Shown in pieces: positions 47,230 through 60,477 of a stretch of 64,000 bases of DNA. The notes under the pieces were generated by a model, which had not been told where the DNA came from, did no database searches, and worked only from the letters and a program-made list of their open reading frames with translations. The position numbers and the translations under genes were made by a program. The DNA is from Chiloscyllium plagiosum (Eukaryota): contig NC_057728.1 of NCBI RefSeq assembly GCF_004010195.1, positions 47,900,718 through 47,964,717 of the forward strand, read 5' to 3'. How positions within the stretch are numbered: the first letter of the stretch is position 1; every line of letters starts with the position of its first letter.

Positions 47230-48737
47230 TATTGTACATTGTAGTACACAAGTCAACCTATTGAAGCTTGAAAATTCCTTCCTTAAATGGACATTGACTT
47301 TTGTGCCAAGTAGATACTGAGCTTTCATGGTTGGTTGAAGTGGTTACGTTTTCAAATTTTAGAAAAGCCACTAATCAATTTTTTTTTAACAAAGCCACGA
47401 ACTCTAAATCATATCAAGTTTTATTTAATGAAATAATTCAACAAATCAATTTGAACTACAGTCATAGTGTGTTTACCATCTTCAGTGTAAAATGTTTATC
47501 AAATTCATCAAGAGTTATTTTGGCTATTGCATCATCAGAGCAATCATACTCCAGGTCAAATGTGGAACTTCAACTTCATAATCATCCCTCCACAGCAAAT
47601 CGCCATCCATTGAATTAGATTTTTTTTGAACAATCTGATGAGAGTTTACGTACTAATCTGATGAGAGTTACCACATTTTGATGAGGCAACCGCATGAACC
47701 ATGAAGTGGGGCAGCATACTAATTGCAACACTTTGTGGAGTTTCATTCTCCACCAGCCATCCATCCAACCTGTGGGCATGAACATGTTTATTAAATGATT
47801 TGTTAAGGCACACATCTGAATGTTGAATTATGAATGTTAGAACTCCTGGTAAAATTATTTTTTTTCTAGCAGGTGAATTCTGATCATGTCCCATACTAAT
47901 ATGATAAAGTTGACACTGGGACACACATTTCACACATCAAGCCAACCATTGTCATGAACAAGCCCAAAATCTCCTGCAGTAAATTTGATTTCTGTTGTGG
48001 TTTTCTGTTTGATTGCTGCTATAGATATTAATTTTATTCTGTCGACTATGCAGGCTAATGCCACAGTGAATTAATAGTTCATTATTACTAAACTACTTTT
48101 CTAAATTAATCTTCCTGTGCCCTTTGAGTTTTTACAAGAACTGAATTTGAAACTTTCCACTTCACAATTCAGTTGCTGGCATATTGAAATTCCTCAGTGT
48201 TTGATCCATGTTGCTGATCTGACAATGATTAACTTGTACTTTTAGGACAAGGTTTCTTTGCAGATTTCTGAGTAATCTTTGTCTTAATCTGCACCACTAA
48301 ACATTTTTGTTCCATAAAGCTATACCAACCAGCAGTTGCTATGAAATGTTACTGAAGACCAGATTTGATTTGTCCCACAGTGTGTATGTTTGCATTGTAT
48401 TTCCAGTGATGATGCAAACATTGCCATGATTTGTAAGGACCCATTCTCATGATTCCTTGTCAAGATCAAGCTAGTGGTGGTCCCTGACCTCTTGATTTGA
48501 TTTTATCTGATCATGGGCATTTTCTTCAAGGCTGGTTCCTCCTTCGATTCCCACATTCGTTTTAGCCAGCACTGAATTGCCTAGCTGAAATACAATTAGT
48601 TGATGAGTTAGCGATGAGTTCCAAATTTTAGCCCAAAATCAGGTTTTTACTCTGTAGACTAGTTCTGCATTATGGCACTGATTAAACTGGGGTCATCCTA
48701 TACACCAGGTTGACTTCTTATGCAACAATCCACAGCA
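47230..48737 (-). mobile_element. Decayed pogo-superfamily DNA transposon (Passer/POGK-like transposase pseudogene)
   Basis: Minus-strand peptides in the expected order: ATAGWYSFMEQK (CENP-B HTH), QISNMDQT, SVLVKT, FTVALAC.VD, VHDNGWLD, ILPGVLTFIIQHSDVCLNKSF (cf. IPGG.TS.LQPLDV..NKPFK). Degenerate TIRs share AAGTCAACC (47250-47258 and, reverse, 48708-48716). Confidence 0.8.
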
Positions 48738-49129
48738 CATGGAATTGATTTAAAGTGAAAGGATTTACATTTGACAAAGGTGCAGTAGGCTAAATGATCA
48801 CTTATGCTCTAAATTCTACCATTCTAAGCAATGGTGCCTTGGTAAACTGTAACCGAATGTGCATCATTTGTAAACATTGCCTAGCTTTTACCTATTTCAT
48901 AATTATGATTTTAAACCAAACCTGCTCAAAATCAATAACCATTGGCTGTAGATTGACCAGCTGACCACTCTCTTGGATGTTGCACAGAAACTTGCTCATT
49001 TAGGTGTGCAAAGCAATCCTATCATTTGTTTGGGGACTGGCTTAAACTACTTGAAAATCAAATTGTCAATATTTGGATGGAAACACTCCTGCCGATCAAA
49101 GCATTTTATTCTCTAAGGTTGTGGAATAA

Positions 49130-50252
49130 ATAGAGTCATAGAGATGTACAGGACTGAAACAGACCTTTTGGTTCAACTCGTCCACGCCGACCAGATATCC
49201 TAACCTAATCAAATCCCATTTGCCAGCAATTGGCCCATATCCCTTTAAACCCTTCCTATTTATATACCCATCCAGATGCCTTTTAAATGTTGCAATTGTA
49301 CCACTTCCTCTGGCAGCTTATTCCATACACACACAACCCTCTGCGTGAAAAGGTTGCCCCTTACTTACCTTGTAAATTTTTCCCCTCTCACCCTAAAGCT
49401 ATGCCCTCTAGTTCTGGACTGCTCCAACCCAGAAAAAAGAGCTAGTCTATTTACCCTATCATGGCCCTCATGATTTTATAATTTTCTATAAGGTCACCCA
49501 TCAGCCTCCGATGCTCCAGGGAAAACAGCCACAGCCTATTAAACCTTTCCCTAAAGCTCAAATCCTCCAACCCTGACAACATCCTTGTAAATCTTTTCTG
49601 AACCCTTTCAAGTTTCACAACATTCCTCCAACAGGAAGGAAACCAGAATTGCACACAATATTCCAAAAGTGGCCTAACCAATGTCCTGTACAGCCGCACC
49701 ATGACCTCCCAACTCCTATACTCAATGCAATGTCCAATAAAGCAAAGCATACCAAATGCCTCCTTCACTATCCTATCTACCTGCGATTCCACTTTTAAGG
49801 AACTATGAACCTGCACTCCAAGGTTTCTTTGTTCAGCAACACTCTCCAGGTCCTTACCATTAAGTGTACGTGTCCTGCTCTGATTTGTCTTTCCAAAATG
49901 CACCACCTCGCATTTATCTAAATTAAACTCCATCTGCCACTCCTCAGCCCATTGGCCCATCTGATCAAGATCCTGTTGTAATCTGAGGTAACCTTTTTTG
50001 CTTACCACTACACCTTCAAAATTGGTGTCGTCTGCAAGCTTACTAACTATACCTCCATATTAACATCCAAGTCATTTATTTAAATGACAAAAAGCAGTGA
50101 ACCGAGTACCGATTCTTGTGGCACATCACTGGGTACAGATCTCCAGCCTGAAAGGCAACCCTCCACCGCCACCCTCAGTCTTCTACCTTTGAGCCAGTTC
50201 TATATCCAAATGGCTAGTTCTCCCCTGTATTCCGTGAGATCTAACCTTGTGA
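49130..50252 (-). mobile_element. CR1/HER1 LINE 3' ~1.1 kb
   Basis: ORF 49451..50008 ([29 protein letters not shown]…[13 protein letters not shown]…). Confidence 0.94.
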
Positions 50253-52522
50253 ATCAGTTCCAGAGAAACAATGGTGAAAGTCCTCACAAAACTTACTCAA
50301 AGTCAAAGGTCCTTGACCATTTGTGATTTTTGACATTTAAATCAGTCCTGTAGCCATGGTACGTAAATGGAGAGCAACTGTGCCTCTGTTTTCTATTTTC
50401 AACAATAACTCGTTTATTGATATGACTGAAAAAAGACTTATGTGCATGAACATCTATATTACACAAATTGTTGAGAGACTTCCCAGCACCCAACTCAATC
50501 AGTTCAAAGAGTGAACTGCCATGGATAAGTTCTCTGCATTTAAACAAATTATCCCTGAGATAAACCAAAGCTTCGTTCTTAATAAATTGAATTTGAATGG
50601 GTAAGGAAGTCATCTGTTACTCATCACCTCAAAAGTTATGGGGCAGCAAACCAAAAACAGCGAATTAGTTTATTTGGATGTTACGTTTTGTTGTCGAAAC
50701 TGGAAATTGCCCATGTAGTTCACCTGCAAATCTGATTCAAAATTGATGTTTATTTCCCATATGATAGGTTTGTAAATTCAGGTACAAAATGTGAATGTGG
50801 CGAGCAAAGCTAGTCTTTGCTAGTTTAATATAACTGCATGGTTTGCTTGGCCATTTCAGGAGGCAGGTAAAAGTCAATCACATACACTGTATATGACTTC
50901 AGATCCACATTGTAATGGCAAAAGATTTCCTTTACAAAAAGGCATCAACAATCCAATAGTAACAGTATTAATAGTAATTAATGCCATTTTAAAATTTTTA
51001 TTGCAGGTTTATTTAATCAGTTGCATTTAAATGCTCCACCTGCTGTGATGGATTTGCGCTCACAAGCTGAATCATTTATCAAGGCTTCTGAATTCTACTA
51101 TAGTAACACAATGGCAGCACTACAATACTGCATATTAAGGAATATTAATAAGGATTAATCGTTTCTATCAATCTAATTTTATTATGATAAATTAATCAGT
51201 TATAATCTTTGAATTGTTTCAGTTCAAGGGCAACCAAAAGAAAGAATACTAACAGTCTGAGAAAATTTAATGAACCAGTTTAAGTATTAGGTGCAGTTTA
51301 GCTACCATCTCAGAAGAAAAATGATCAAGTCACTTGTATCCTGTGAGCTCTGCCCAAAGTCAGGTCTGAAGTCAGCTCATTGTCCAGTGATACTTCATTT
51401 TGAGTCATTTCCTTGGTGATTTGCCTCAGTGTTGATTTAGTATTGCCATCCACTCTTGCAGAACTTTGAGAAGGTCCCAAATCTTCCTCAGCTGGAATGG
51501 GAATCAAATGCATGCTGGTGTTATTCTGAACTTTACACTAAACATTCAGCCAAGTGAGTCAACTGCTCCCAGCAAGACAAAGAAGATACTCAAGATGACA
51601 GTGGATAAATGGACTGTAGTATAGGAAAGGACTGGGGGATTATGACGGATTGGGCTTCTGAGCTTTGAAAGGAGTCAACTGATGGAGAATGTAAGAATGT
51701 ACAAGGTGTTGGAGGACATTGATCAAGTGAATCTACAGAATTGCTTCAAAATATTATGGGCTATTGAAACAAATGGCAGAGGGAAACAAACATAAATTAG
51801 AACAGTCCTCAGAAAGCATTTCTTTCACACGGACAACCACTAACAGGAGGATGGGCTAAGTGCTACCCTTATTAGCTGGTGAAAATGTAGACATTGATTT
51901 GAATTTTCTCAGCCCACTGAACTATGTGGGCAATGACAGATCTGTTCAGAAATTCAAGATTCTTCCCAATGGGAAAACAAAGGTCAGATTTTGCACCAAT
52001 TTTTGAATGGTGAGATGAAAATCTCACTGGTGGTGGTGAGAAGGCTATTTGTATATATTTGTATCTCATTAGTACCTCATTTCACCTCATTGATGTGCAA
52101 TTTTGTATTCTCCCACACACTAGAGGGTGACAATTGCTGACATGGAAGTCTGTGTCAGAAGCTGGTAGCTCCAGCTCCCTATTTGCTCCTCCACCTCTAT
52201 CTTGGCCAACAGTCCCCAAAATCTGAAAGTGTGCTATATGGGCAGTGACTGCCTGGATATTCCCATTCACGACATTGGACACGTACCCGCTTCACCAAAT
52301 CCTTGAGGGCACATCTTCAACTCACTTAGGAAACAGTTCTTCATTTCAATCCTGCATTTTGGAGGACCCTGGCACTTTTTGTTGTAATGATGCAGCCCTG
52401 CCACTTTGCTCTCAGGGACAAACAGCCATCATATGGATTAGACCAAGGTCAGGGCTCCTCACTTGCTGTATTAGTGATCACTCACTTTGCACTTTCTTGA
52501 ATATCCATAGCATCATTGTCTC

Positions 52523-52847
52523 AGAGTCATAGAGATGTACAGCACTGAAACAAACTCCTTGGTCCAACTCGCTCATGCTGACCAGATACCCTGAATTAAT
52601 CTAGTCCCATTTGCCAACACTTGGCCCATATCCCTATAACCGCTTCCTATTCAAATCCCCATCCAGGTACATTTTAAATGTAATTGTAACAGCCTCCACC
52701 ACTTCCTCATTCCATACACGTACTACCCTCTGCGTGGAAAAAGTTGTCTCTTAGGTCCCTTTTAAAATTTTCCCCTCTCACCCTAAACCTATGCCCTCTA
52801 GATCTGGTCTCCCCCACCCCTGGGAAAAGTTTTGTCTATTTACCCCA
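52523..52847 (-). mobile_element. CR1/HER1 3' end
   Basis: agagtcatagagatgtacagc tail and standard antisense ORF2 C-terminal sequence. Confidence 0.9.
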
Positions 52848-55269
52848 TATTTGCTCTCAGGCTGTGCCTTGACATTTTGCATTTTGCCAATTTATTTCGA
52901 ATTTAAAAAGCTCATAGTGTTTCTTATCTTATCTTTTAGTGCAGATACAGAGCTAAGCAGCTTGCTACATTGTCAGGAGTTGTTGCGCAGCACCGTGTTA
53001 CATCAGTGCCACATCCAGAACATATGCTGGCAGGTTATGTGGAAAACATACTTAATGTGATTCTGACAATATAATTAGATTTCAAAATCTGAGGGAAATG
53101 ATCCTTGGAAAACTCATGGAGGACTGTTATAGGTTAGGGCCCTTACTGTAACCTGTCAAGGGTAGTATCTGACCTCAGTTCAGGAGCTTGAGGTGGTCAA
53201 GGCCAGGGGTACTGTATCTCTACAGTCTGAGAGTGGGTCACATTCAGTCCTGCAAATCCAGTGATTTGTGTTAAGGCAATCAGGGAGCTGCACAGAGATC
53301 AGTCAGGGGCCCAGTCACTCATCAGCTGTGGCTGTCTGTCCAAGTTGGTTGGGGGATGGACTACAGACAACCCTGAAGGGTCTGCGAATGAAAAATCAAG
53401 GGGGGGGGGGGGGGGTGGTGCTATGGCAGAGATGCTGGGAAAGTTAATTGTGGGACTTGGAGGCAACTTGCTTGGATACAAAAGGGGGTCATTGCATTAA
53501 TCAGTAACCATAGCATCCTGCATTTTTTAACCAACAGCCCCATCGATTAGAATATTGTGACCATAGGTTTCAATAACTCTTTTTATTAACCTGGATGCTC
53601 TGTTTATGGAAAGAACATTGCCTTTTGATTTACTTACGTATAAAAAAAACTTGAAAAGCAATGGAATGTTCATTCCGACTTGCATTAACACAACAAATTG
53701 TTTTGTCAGATTGGGCAGCTAACATTTTGAGTCAATCTTTTTATCTCATCAACAACAGAAAATAAAATGCAGAGGTTTTCCAGCCTGGCTGGTGTTTGTG
53801 TTTCAAAATTAAGGAATTCTGAAACTTCCCCGTCCAGAAATAATCTCCAGGAAGAGTAGCACTCTGTAAATACAATTCATATCCTATACATTTCACATTA
53901 CTATATTTTAGTGTGGTTGTGGACTTGGAATATCCAGTTGCTAAATAATATTGTTCACATAAAAATAAGTAAAAAAGTTTTTTTAAAAACCTGTCAATGT
54001 AATGATAGCATCCAGGAATTCAAGTAATAAGTGCAGGATTTGTCCTGAAGACTTGTCAACTGATGGATAATTTTATTGGTATATAATTAGTGAAGGTGCT
54101 CACATTAAAGAATATATCTGCCCATGTATAATTAAGCATTAGTATTTAACAGAAGAAGGTAACTATCTACGTCTAGTATTGCATGGGATGTGCTTTGTAT
54201 GTATGCATAATAAAGCATGTTGGGCAACACGGAGAGCAGTCCAATAGCAACCTCCATCAAACACTCCCCGCGTTTTCAAATACTATAAACAGCTTTGTCG
54301 AGGTTAGACTTTTAACAAATTTATTTTCTCTCCGGGTAGATCAGTGTAAATTTACACTGGTCAGATTAGATTCTGCTGGCATTACGCCATGTGACCACTA
54401 AATGGACAGTAGTAGTCTATAGTTAACATCAAAGCATTTAAAATCGTAGTTTGAGCCTTTTGCATAATGTGCTTCCAGTAAGAAGTTAACAAATAAAACA
54501 TACAAAGAAATACTGCAAAGTAAGTAGGTTAAAACAATAAATAGCTCATTAGATTTTAATTTAAACATAAGCTATGTTTTAGGAGATTTCTGTCTTGCAT
54601 GAAAAAAACTGCTGTCAAATGTTTAGAAAGCTATTTACTCTTGGAAAATACACGTCAGCAAGCTTGTGTTAAAGTTGTCCCAAAAAGCACAGAATTTGCA
54701 TTAGTGGTGACAGATAAATTATTTGCATTTCCCAACATTCCTCTCTCAGACTGACAGCAGCTTTGAGAGTCTGTGCATGCACACTTAATTGCGGAAAAGC
54801 ACAGGTTATTGTCAATCGTTCTATGTTTTGCCATAGGGTATATTGTGAAATATCCCCAGACCGCAATCAAATAAAACTCACCGAGCGGATGTGGACTTGA
54901 CTGTTTACATTTGGTCTCACCAGATGGATCAGGTGAAGTTCACCGACTGTCACTCTGACCCTTTTTATGAAAGAAGAAAGCTCCATATTTCGAACAACAG
55001 TTCATGCTCAGGACTTCTGCAGAAATGTGAGGCGATACTTCAATCCCTGGTATAGAACTATCAGTAGAAGGCAAACCAATCCCCCTTATAGAGCAATCAG
55101 CTTCCATACTCTGAAGTATAAAGGTCCTGACAGCCACATTGACAGCTTTTGTCAAATGCTAAGTAGAAAAGGGTGAGTGTGATGTTAGGGAAGGTTGACA
55201 GCTAAATAGGATGCCAGCTGAGTAAGAACCTGAATGGGCAGTGGTACGCTACCAGAGGTATTTGCCAAA

Positions 55270-56000
55270 TGAGCAGAAGCTAGGTACCTGCCAGGTAGGG
55301 TGCTAGGATGCCATGTAAGTTGTGTGCCAGCTGGGGAGGGGGATGTATAGTGCCAGGGTTAGGATGAGCAAAGGGTTGGGTGCCAGGATACAAGGTCAGT
55401 AGGGTGCAAATGAGCAGGGCTTGCAGTATCAGGTAAGTAGAATACCAGCTCAAAATGGTTGGTGGGATGCCAGGTGGGACGATGGCAGGGTAAGGGAGGC
55501 CATGTTTAGGGGAGCTAGGGGTCATGGGGAAATCTTGACCAGCAGGGTGGGTGGGTATAGGGTCTGGGCGATTTGGGTGCAGAGGCAGGGAAGCCAGACT
55601 GGGTCCAGATTGGTCTGTTGGGGTGAAGGGGATGGTGGGGTGTAGGAGGTGGTGGGGTGAAAGGGTGGTGGAGTGAAGGAATGTGGAGTGAAGGGGATGC
55701 GGTGAAAGGGGGTGGGAGGTGAAAGGTGGGGTGAATGTGAGGTGGAGTGAATGGGGTGGAGTGAACCGGGTATGATGGGTGAAGGAGGTGGTGGGGTGAA
55801 GAGGGTGGTGGGGTAGGGTGTGAGTAGAATTTAATGATGTATGAGGAAGGGGTTTTGGTTTGACCTTGTAGTTGGGTGTTGGGGATTCGAGTCAGCATGG
55901 GGAAGGGGTGTCAGGTCCTGGGAAGTGTTATGTTGGGATGTCGGGAGTGTAATGGATCTGAGGGAAGTGTGGTTGGGGATCGCTGAGGTATGCAGTGGGT
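55270..56000. repeat. G/purine-rich low-complexity tract
   Basis: Degenerate GGGGTGAA/GGTGG units, densest at 55600-55830. Confidence 0.8.
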
Positions 56001-56299
56001 CTGTTAAAATAGTCACTCAGGAGTTAGACGATGTAATTATTAGTCTCACTCTTCCTGAATAAGTATTTTATATAATTTTGTCAGAACCTCCCTGAAGTAC
56101 CAAAATGGTGCCTTTTGGGGGGTTTCAGGCATAAAGGAAAAATTAATTTCCTGGGAAGTTCCTTCAGAGGTTGGTCCAACAGGGATTCTGCAGGGGCCCC
56201 ATGTGCAACTCCCAACTACATTGGAATGACACCTCGAGGGTCAGCTGAAAATCCAGGCCATTATAAGAACGATTAAGGCATTTACGGTTTTGTGTGAAC

Positions 56300-57870
56300 T
56301 TCAGCTGTTTCATCAATGACCTTCCTTCCATCATCAGGTCAGAAGTGGGGATGGTTGCTGATAATTGCACAATGTTCAGCACCATTTGTGACTCCTCAGA
56401 TACTGAAGCAGTCCAAGTCCAAATGCAATGAGATCTCAACAATTTGGCTGACAAGTGGCAAGTAACATTTATGTTACACAAGTGCCAGACAATGACTGTT
56501 TCCAATAAGAGAGTATCTAACCATTAGCCCTTGATATTCAATGGCATTACCATTGTTGAATCCGCAAGCAATACCCTGGGGGCTACCATTGACCAAAATT
56601 GAACTGGGCCAGCCATTTAAATAGTAGTTACAAGAGCAGGTCAGAGGTTAGGAGTCCTGCAGCAAATAACACCTTGTGACTCCCCAAAGCCTGTCCACTG
56701 ACTACGAGGCATAAGTCAGGAGTGTGATGGAAAAGTCTCCACTTACCTGGATAAGTACAGTTCCAACAACACTAAAGAAGATCGAGCAATCCAAGACAAA
56801 GCAGCCCACTTTATTCCTATCATATCAACAAATACGCAGTCACATCACCTTCAACCCTTGGTAACAGCAGTGTATACCATCTAAAAATAGACTACAGGAA
56901 TTTACCAGGGCTCCTTAGACAACAGCTTCCAACCTAACAATCATTGTCATCTAGAAGAACAATGGCAGCAGTTACGGGGAACACCATTGCTGCAAGTTCC
57001 TCTCCTTGCTTTCCTGACTTGAAATATATCCCCATTCCTTCACTTCACAGAGTCAAAATCCTGCAACTCCCTGACCAGCATTATGTGTACCTACTCCAAA
57101 TGATCTGCAGAAGTTCAAGAAAGCAGCTTACCGTCACTTTCTCAAAGGCAGTTGGGGATGAGCAGTAAATGCTGGCCCAGCCAGGGAAAGCCAATTCCCC
57201 TGAATTAATTTAAAAAAAAACACCATGGAACTGAAAATGTATATGTGTGCTAAATTCATCAGTAATGCACTATCTACAAGATGCATTACAGTAATTCATC
57301 AAGGCCCCTTCAACAACAGCTTCCAAACTCACAACCTCTACTAGCTATAAGGACAAGGGCAGCAGATGCACAAGAACATAAGCACCAATAAGTTTCACTC
57401 CAAGCCATAATCACTTAGAATTAATCATACAATCCCTACACTGTGGAAGCAGGCCATTTGGCCCATAGAGTCCACTCTAACCTTCTGAAGAGCATCCCAC
57501 CCAACCTACATTTCCCATGGCTAATCCACCTCGCCTGCACACTATGTGCAATTTAGCATATAGGAGGAAACTGGAGCACACCCACAGAGAAAACGTGCAA
57601 ACTCCAAACAGAGGTTGCCTAAGGCTGGAATCGAATCCAGGTCCCTGGTACCATAAAGCAGTAGTGCTAACCACTGAGCCACCACCATTCCTTTACTGTG
57701 ACTGAGTCAAATTCCTGAAACCACCTTTCAAACAGCACTGTGAATGTTCATTCATCCCAAAGGCTACAGCAGTTTAAGAAGACAGCTCATTCCATCTTCT
57801 CCTTGGTAATCAAGGATATGCGATAAATGTGAGCTCAGCCAGTGATGTCCATACCCCATAAACTAAAAAA
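56300..57870 (+). mobile_element. LINE family B 3' portions (56300-57220 and 57265-57870)
   Basis: FINDLPSIIRSEVGM.ADNCT, WADKWQVTF..HKCQ.M, and tail aaatgctggcccagccag…+A; the second fragment is split by an HE1 SINE. Confidence 0.85.
57415..57688 (-). mobile_element. Older HE1-type SINE
   Basis: aatccctacactgtggaagcaggcc … gtgctaaccactgagccacc. Confidence 0.85.
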
Positions 57871-58414
57871 ACACTGCCACAAGAAGCAAAATGTTTTACC
57901 TGTAGCACAACAAATTTCTCCACTATAAAACCTACCAAACATCTTTTTTAGAAGTTTCTGATATTTCAGCTTCTGCCTTAATCCCACATTTGTGTTCCAG
58001 TAATTTATTTCATTTCCTGTAACATATTTTAAAAATGAAGGATAGTCATTGGCCCAAGTGCTTTTGGTAAAACATCAACATTTGTGTTGGGCTGGTGGTC
58101 CCTTTAAGAACTAGGTTCCTCTGAAATGTTTTTCATAAAATGCCATTTAATGCTAGTCAGTGAGCATGTGACCAAGTTGCGTCTGTGACAAACAATGAGG
58201 AAAGAATGGTCAATTAGAAGTTACTGATAGGGGCAAGCAAGTTCCTAAGTGTGGCACTCATCTTAGTCAGTGTTTTAATTCAAATTTAGAGTAACCTTGC
58301 TGCAGGGAACTTTATTTCTGGCAGAATCTAATTGAAATTAGATATGCTAGCTAAAAGCGTTTAGACTTCGTGCTCACAAAAGAACTCCCAACAATGATTT
58401 GTCCAAGAGCAAGA

Positions 58415-58920
58415 AACTCTCCTCCTCTCTCAACCCATTCCTCCTCTCCATTTGCTTCAACCTCTCTAAAACCTTTTCCCCATTCAGCTCTCTCATCTCT
58501 CATAATCAATCCCCTCCATACTGATTTCCTTCCCCACCTTCCAGATCACTGCCCTGTCCCTTCCTCCTGCCCGATCACTGCCCCTTCCCTTTTGATCACT
58601 TCCCCTCCCTACTGATTACTCCCTGTCCCTTACTCTGCACCTATCACTTCCCCCATATCCAATCTCTTCCCCTCTCCAATCATTAAAATCCCTTGATCGC
58701 TCCATCTTCTTCTTCCAAATCACCCCACACTCCATCGGAATATTCCCCCTCTGATCATTCTCCCTGCTAATACTCAAACAGCTCCCGCCATTCCCCTGAT
58801 TCCTTGCCCCTCCAAATGACTCCCTTCCTCACTACCATTGGCTTCCCAGCCCCATTGTTTCCCCTCCCTCTTTTGTCCCTCCCACCCTCCCGAACTCTTC
58901 TCCCATCACCCCGCCTTTTC
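58415..58920. repeat. C/pyrimidine-rich low-complexity tract with GATCACT units
   Basis: Degenerate ccc…gatcact(g/t)ccc repeats at ~58540-58760. Confidence 0.75.
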
Positions 58921-60477
58921 CTGACACGTGAGTATTTATTCACTGAACAAGCCAGCAGGATAAGATTACATTTAAAAATGCACCTCCTTTCTACAGTTGT
59001 AAACTGTTGATGAATGCTAATGTGTTCAGGAGGAAAGCAATTTCATGGCCTAGCATTCTGCTAAATATTGTAAATGTTTAAATTGTCCCCTTGTGTAAGA
59101 TTATCCCTTTGAGGGGATTACACTCACTAGCCAATACTGACTACAAAAGGTTTAACTCTTGTGGTTGGACTAACGCCAATACAAGAACTGAACAGTTTAT
59201 AGCACTGGATGGAAGTTAGTTTTTGACAACTTCTGGAATGGATCTGACCTCTTTGTTACTACGACAAGAGCTCACTGACCTTCACTATTAGACAGAATTC
59301 AATCATTTTGGCTAGCATTCCTGAAAGCTGCTCTTAATTGGCCATGGGTCACTAAAGGATTAAAGCAAAATAACTCTGCTTTGTCATATTTTGAGGTGTA
59401 AATTGATATTTATGCTGATTTTAACTCTGTCTCTACCAACATGGTAATTTTCACAAACCAGAATTATTTTCAAATTAATGTCAATCTTATGATGAGAAAT
59501 GGGATTATTTTAATTCTTTTGATGACTCATTGGGGGAAGTGCTTACATGAGTTTCACTTCAAAGAAATTAGGCACAAGAACTAAGGAAATGGTAGAAACA
59601 GACACCTTCCACTTCTCAAATGGAGAGGCACATCTCAATGCTCTCCAGGCTGGAAAAGAGTGAAAAGACATTGAGTGGCAAACCAATGTTTGAAGGAAAT
59701 AACATTAATGAATCTTCAATTAAAACAAAGCTGGCAGAGGAAGTATTCAGGGCAACTAACCTGGAAACAATCATTATGAATGGTGGAGGAGAAACTTTGG
59801 AATGTCACTATTATTGAAGAAGGGAGGGAAGGGGAAAAACAGGGAGCCACAGACATGTCAGGTCAACATCAGTTGTTGAGAGGATACTGGAATCTATCAC
59901 CAGAGACAGAATGAATGAACATTTGGACGAGTATAAAGTGATCAAAGCGAAGCAGTATGGATTTGTGATGTGCAGGACATGGACACAAAGAAACCTCTAT
60001 ACATAACTTCCACAAAGCTAGTGCACATGCAGAAAATGCAATCAAAACAGCTACTGGAAGATTTTAACTCACTCACAACTGATTCAAATGTACAGTATTA
60101 TAATCAGGCCTAATGCCTCAGTCTGACCGAGTCTTAGTTCTTCAAAAGAAGTATGACATACAGTATTGGATATTAAACCTTAGGAAAGGTAAATACATCT
60201 TGGAGGAGGTCAATGTGCTTGTGTAAACATAACTTATATTTCCTTCATTTTAGATGATGAAAGTCATTGCAGTTTTTAAGAAAGGGAGCAGAATATGCTC
60301 AAGTAATTAAAACAATATGAAACAAAGAACTGCGGGTGCGAGAAATCGGAAACAAAACCAGAAATTGCTGGAGAGGCTCAGCAGGTCTGGCAGCATCTGT
60401 GAAGAGAGAAACAGAATGAGTGTTTTGGGTCAGAACTGAAGAAGGTTCACTGTTTTCTCTAAATTTTCTTCCAAATA

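Noticed and set aside
49451..50008. 185-aa ORF with good protein-like composition
   Set aside because: Fragment of CR1 ORF2 in a 5'-truncated copy, not a host gene or intact LINE.
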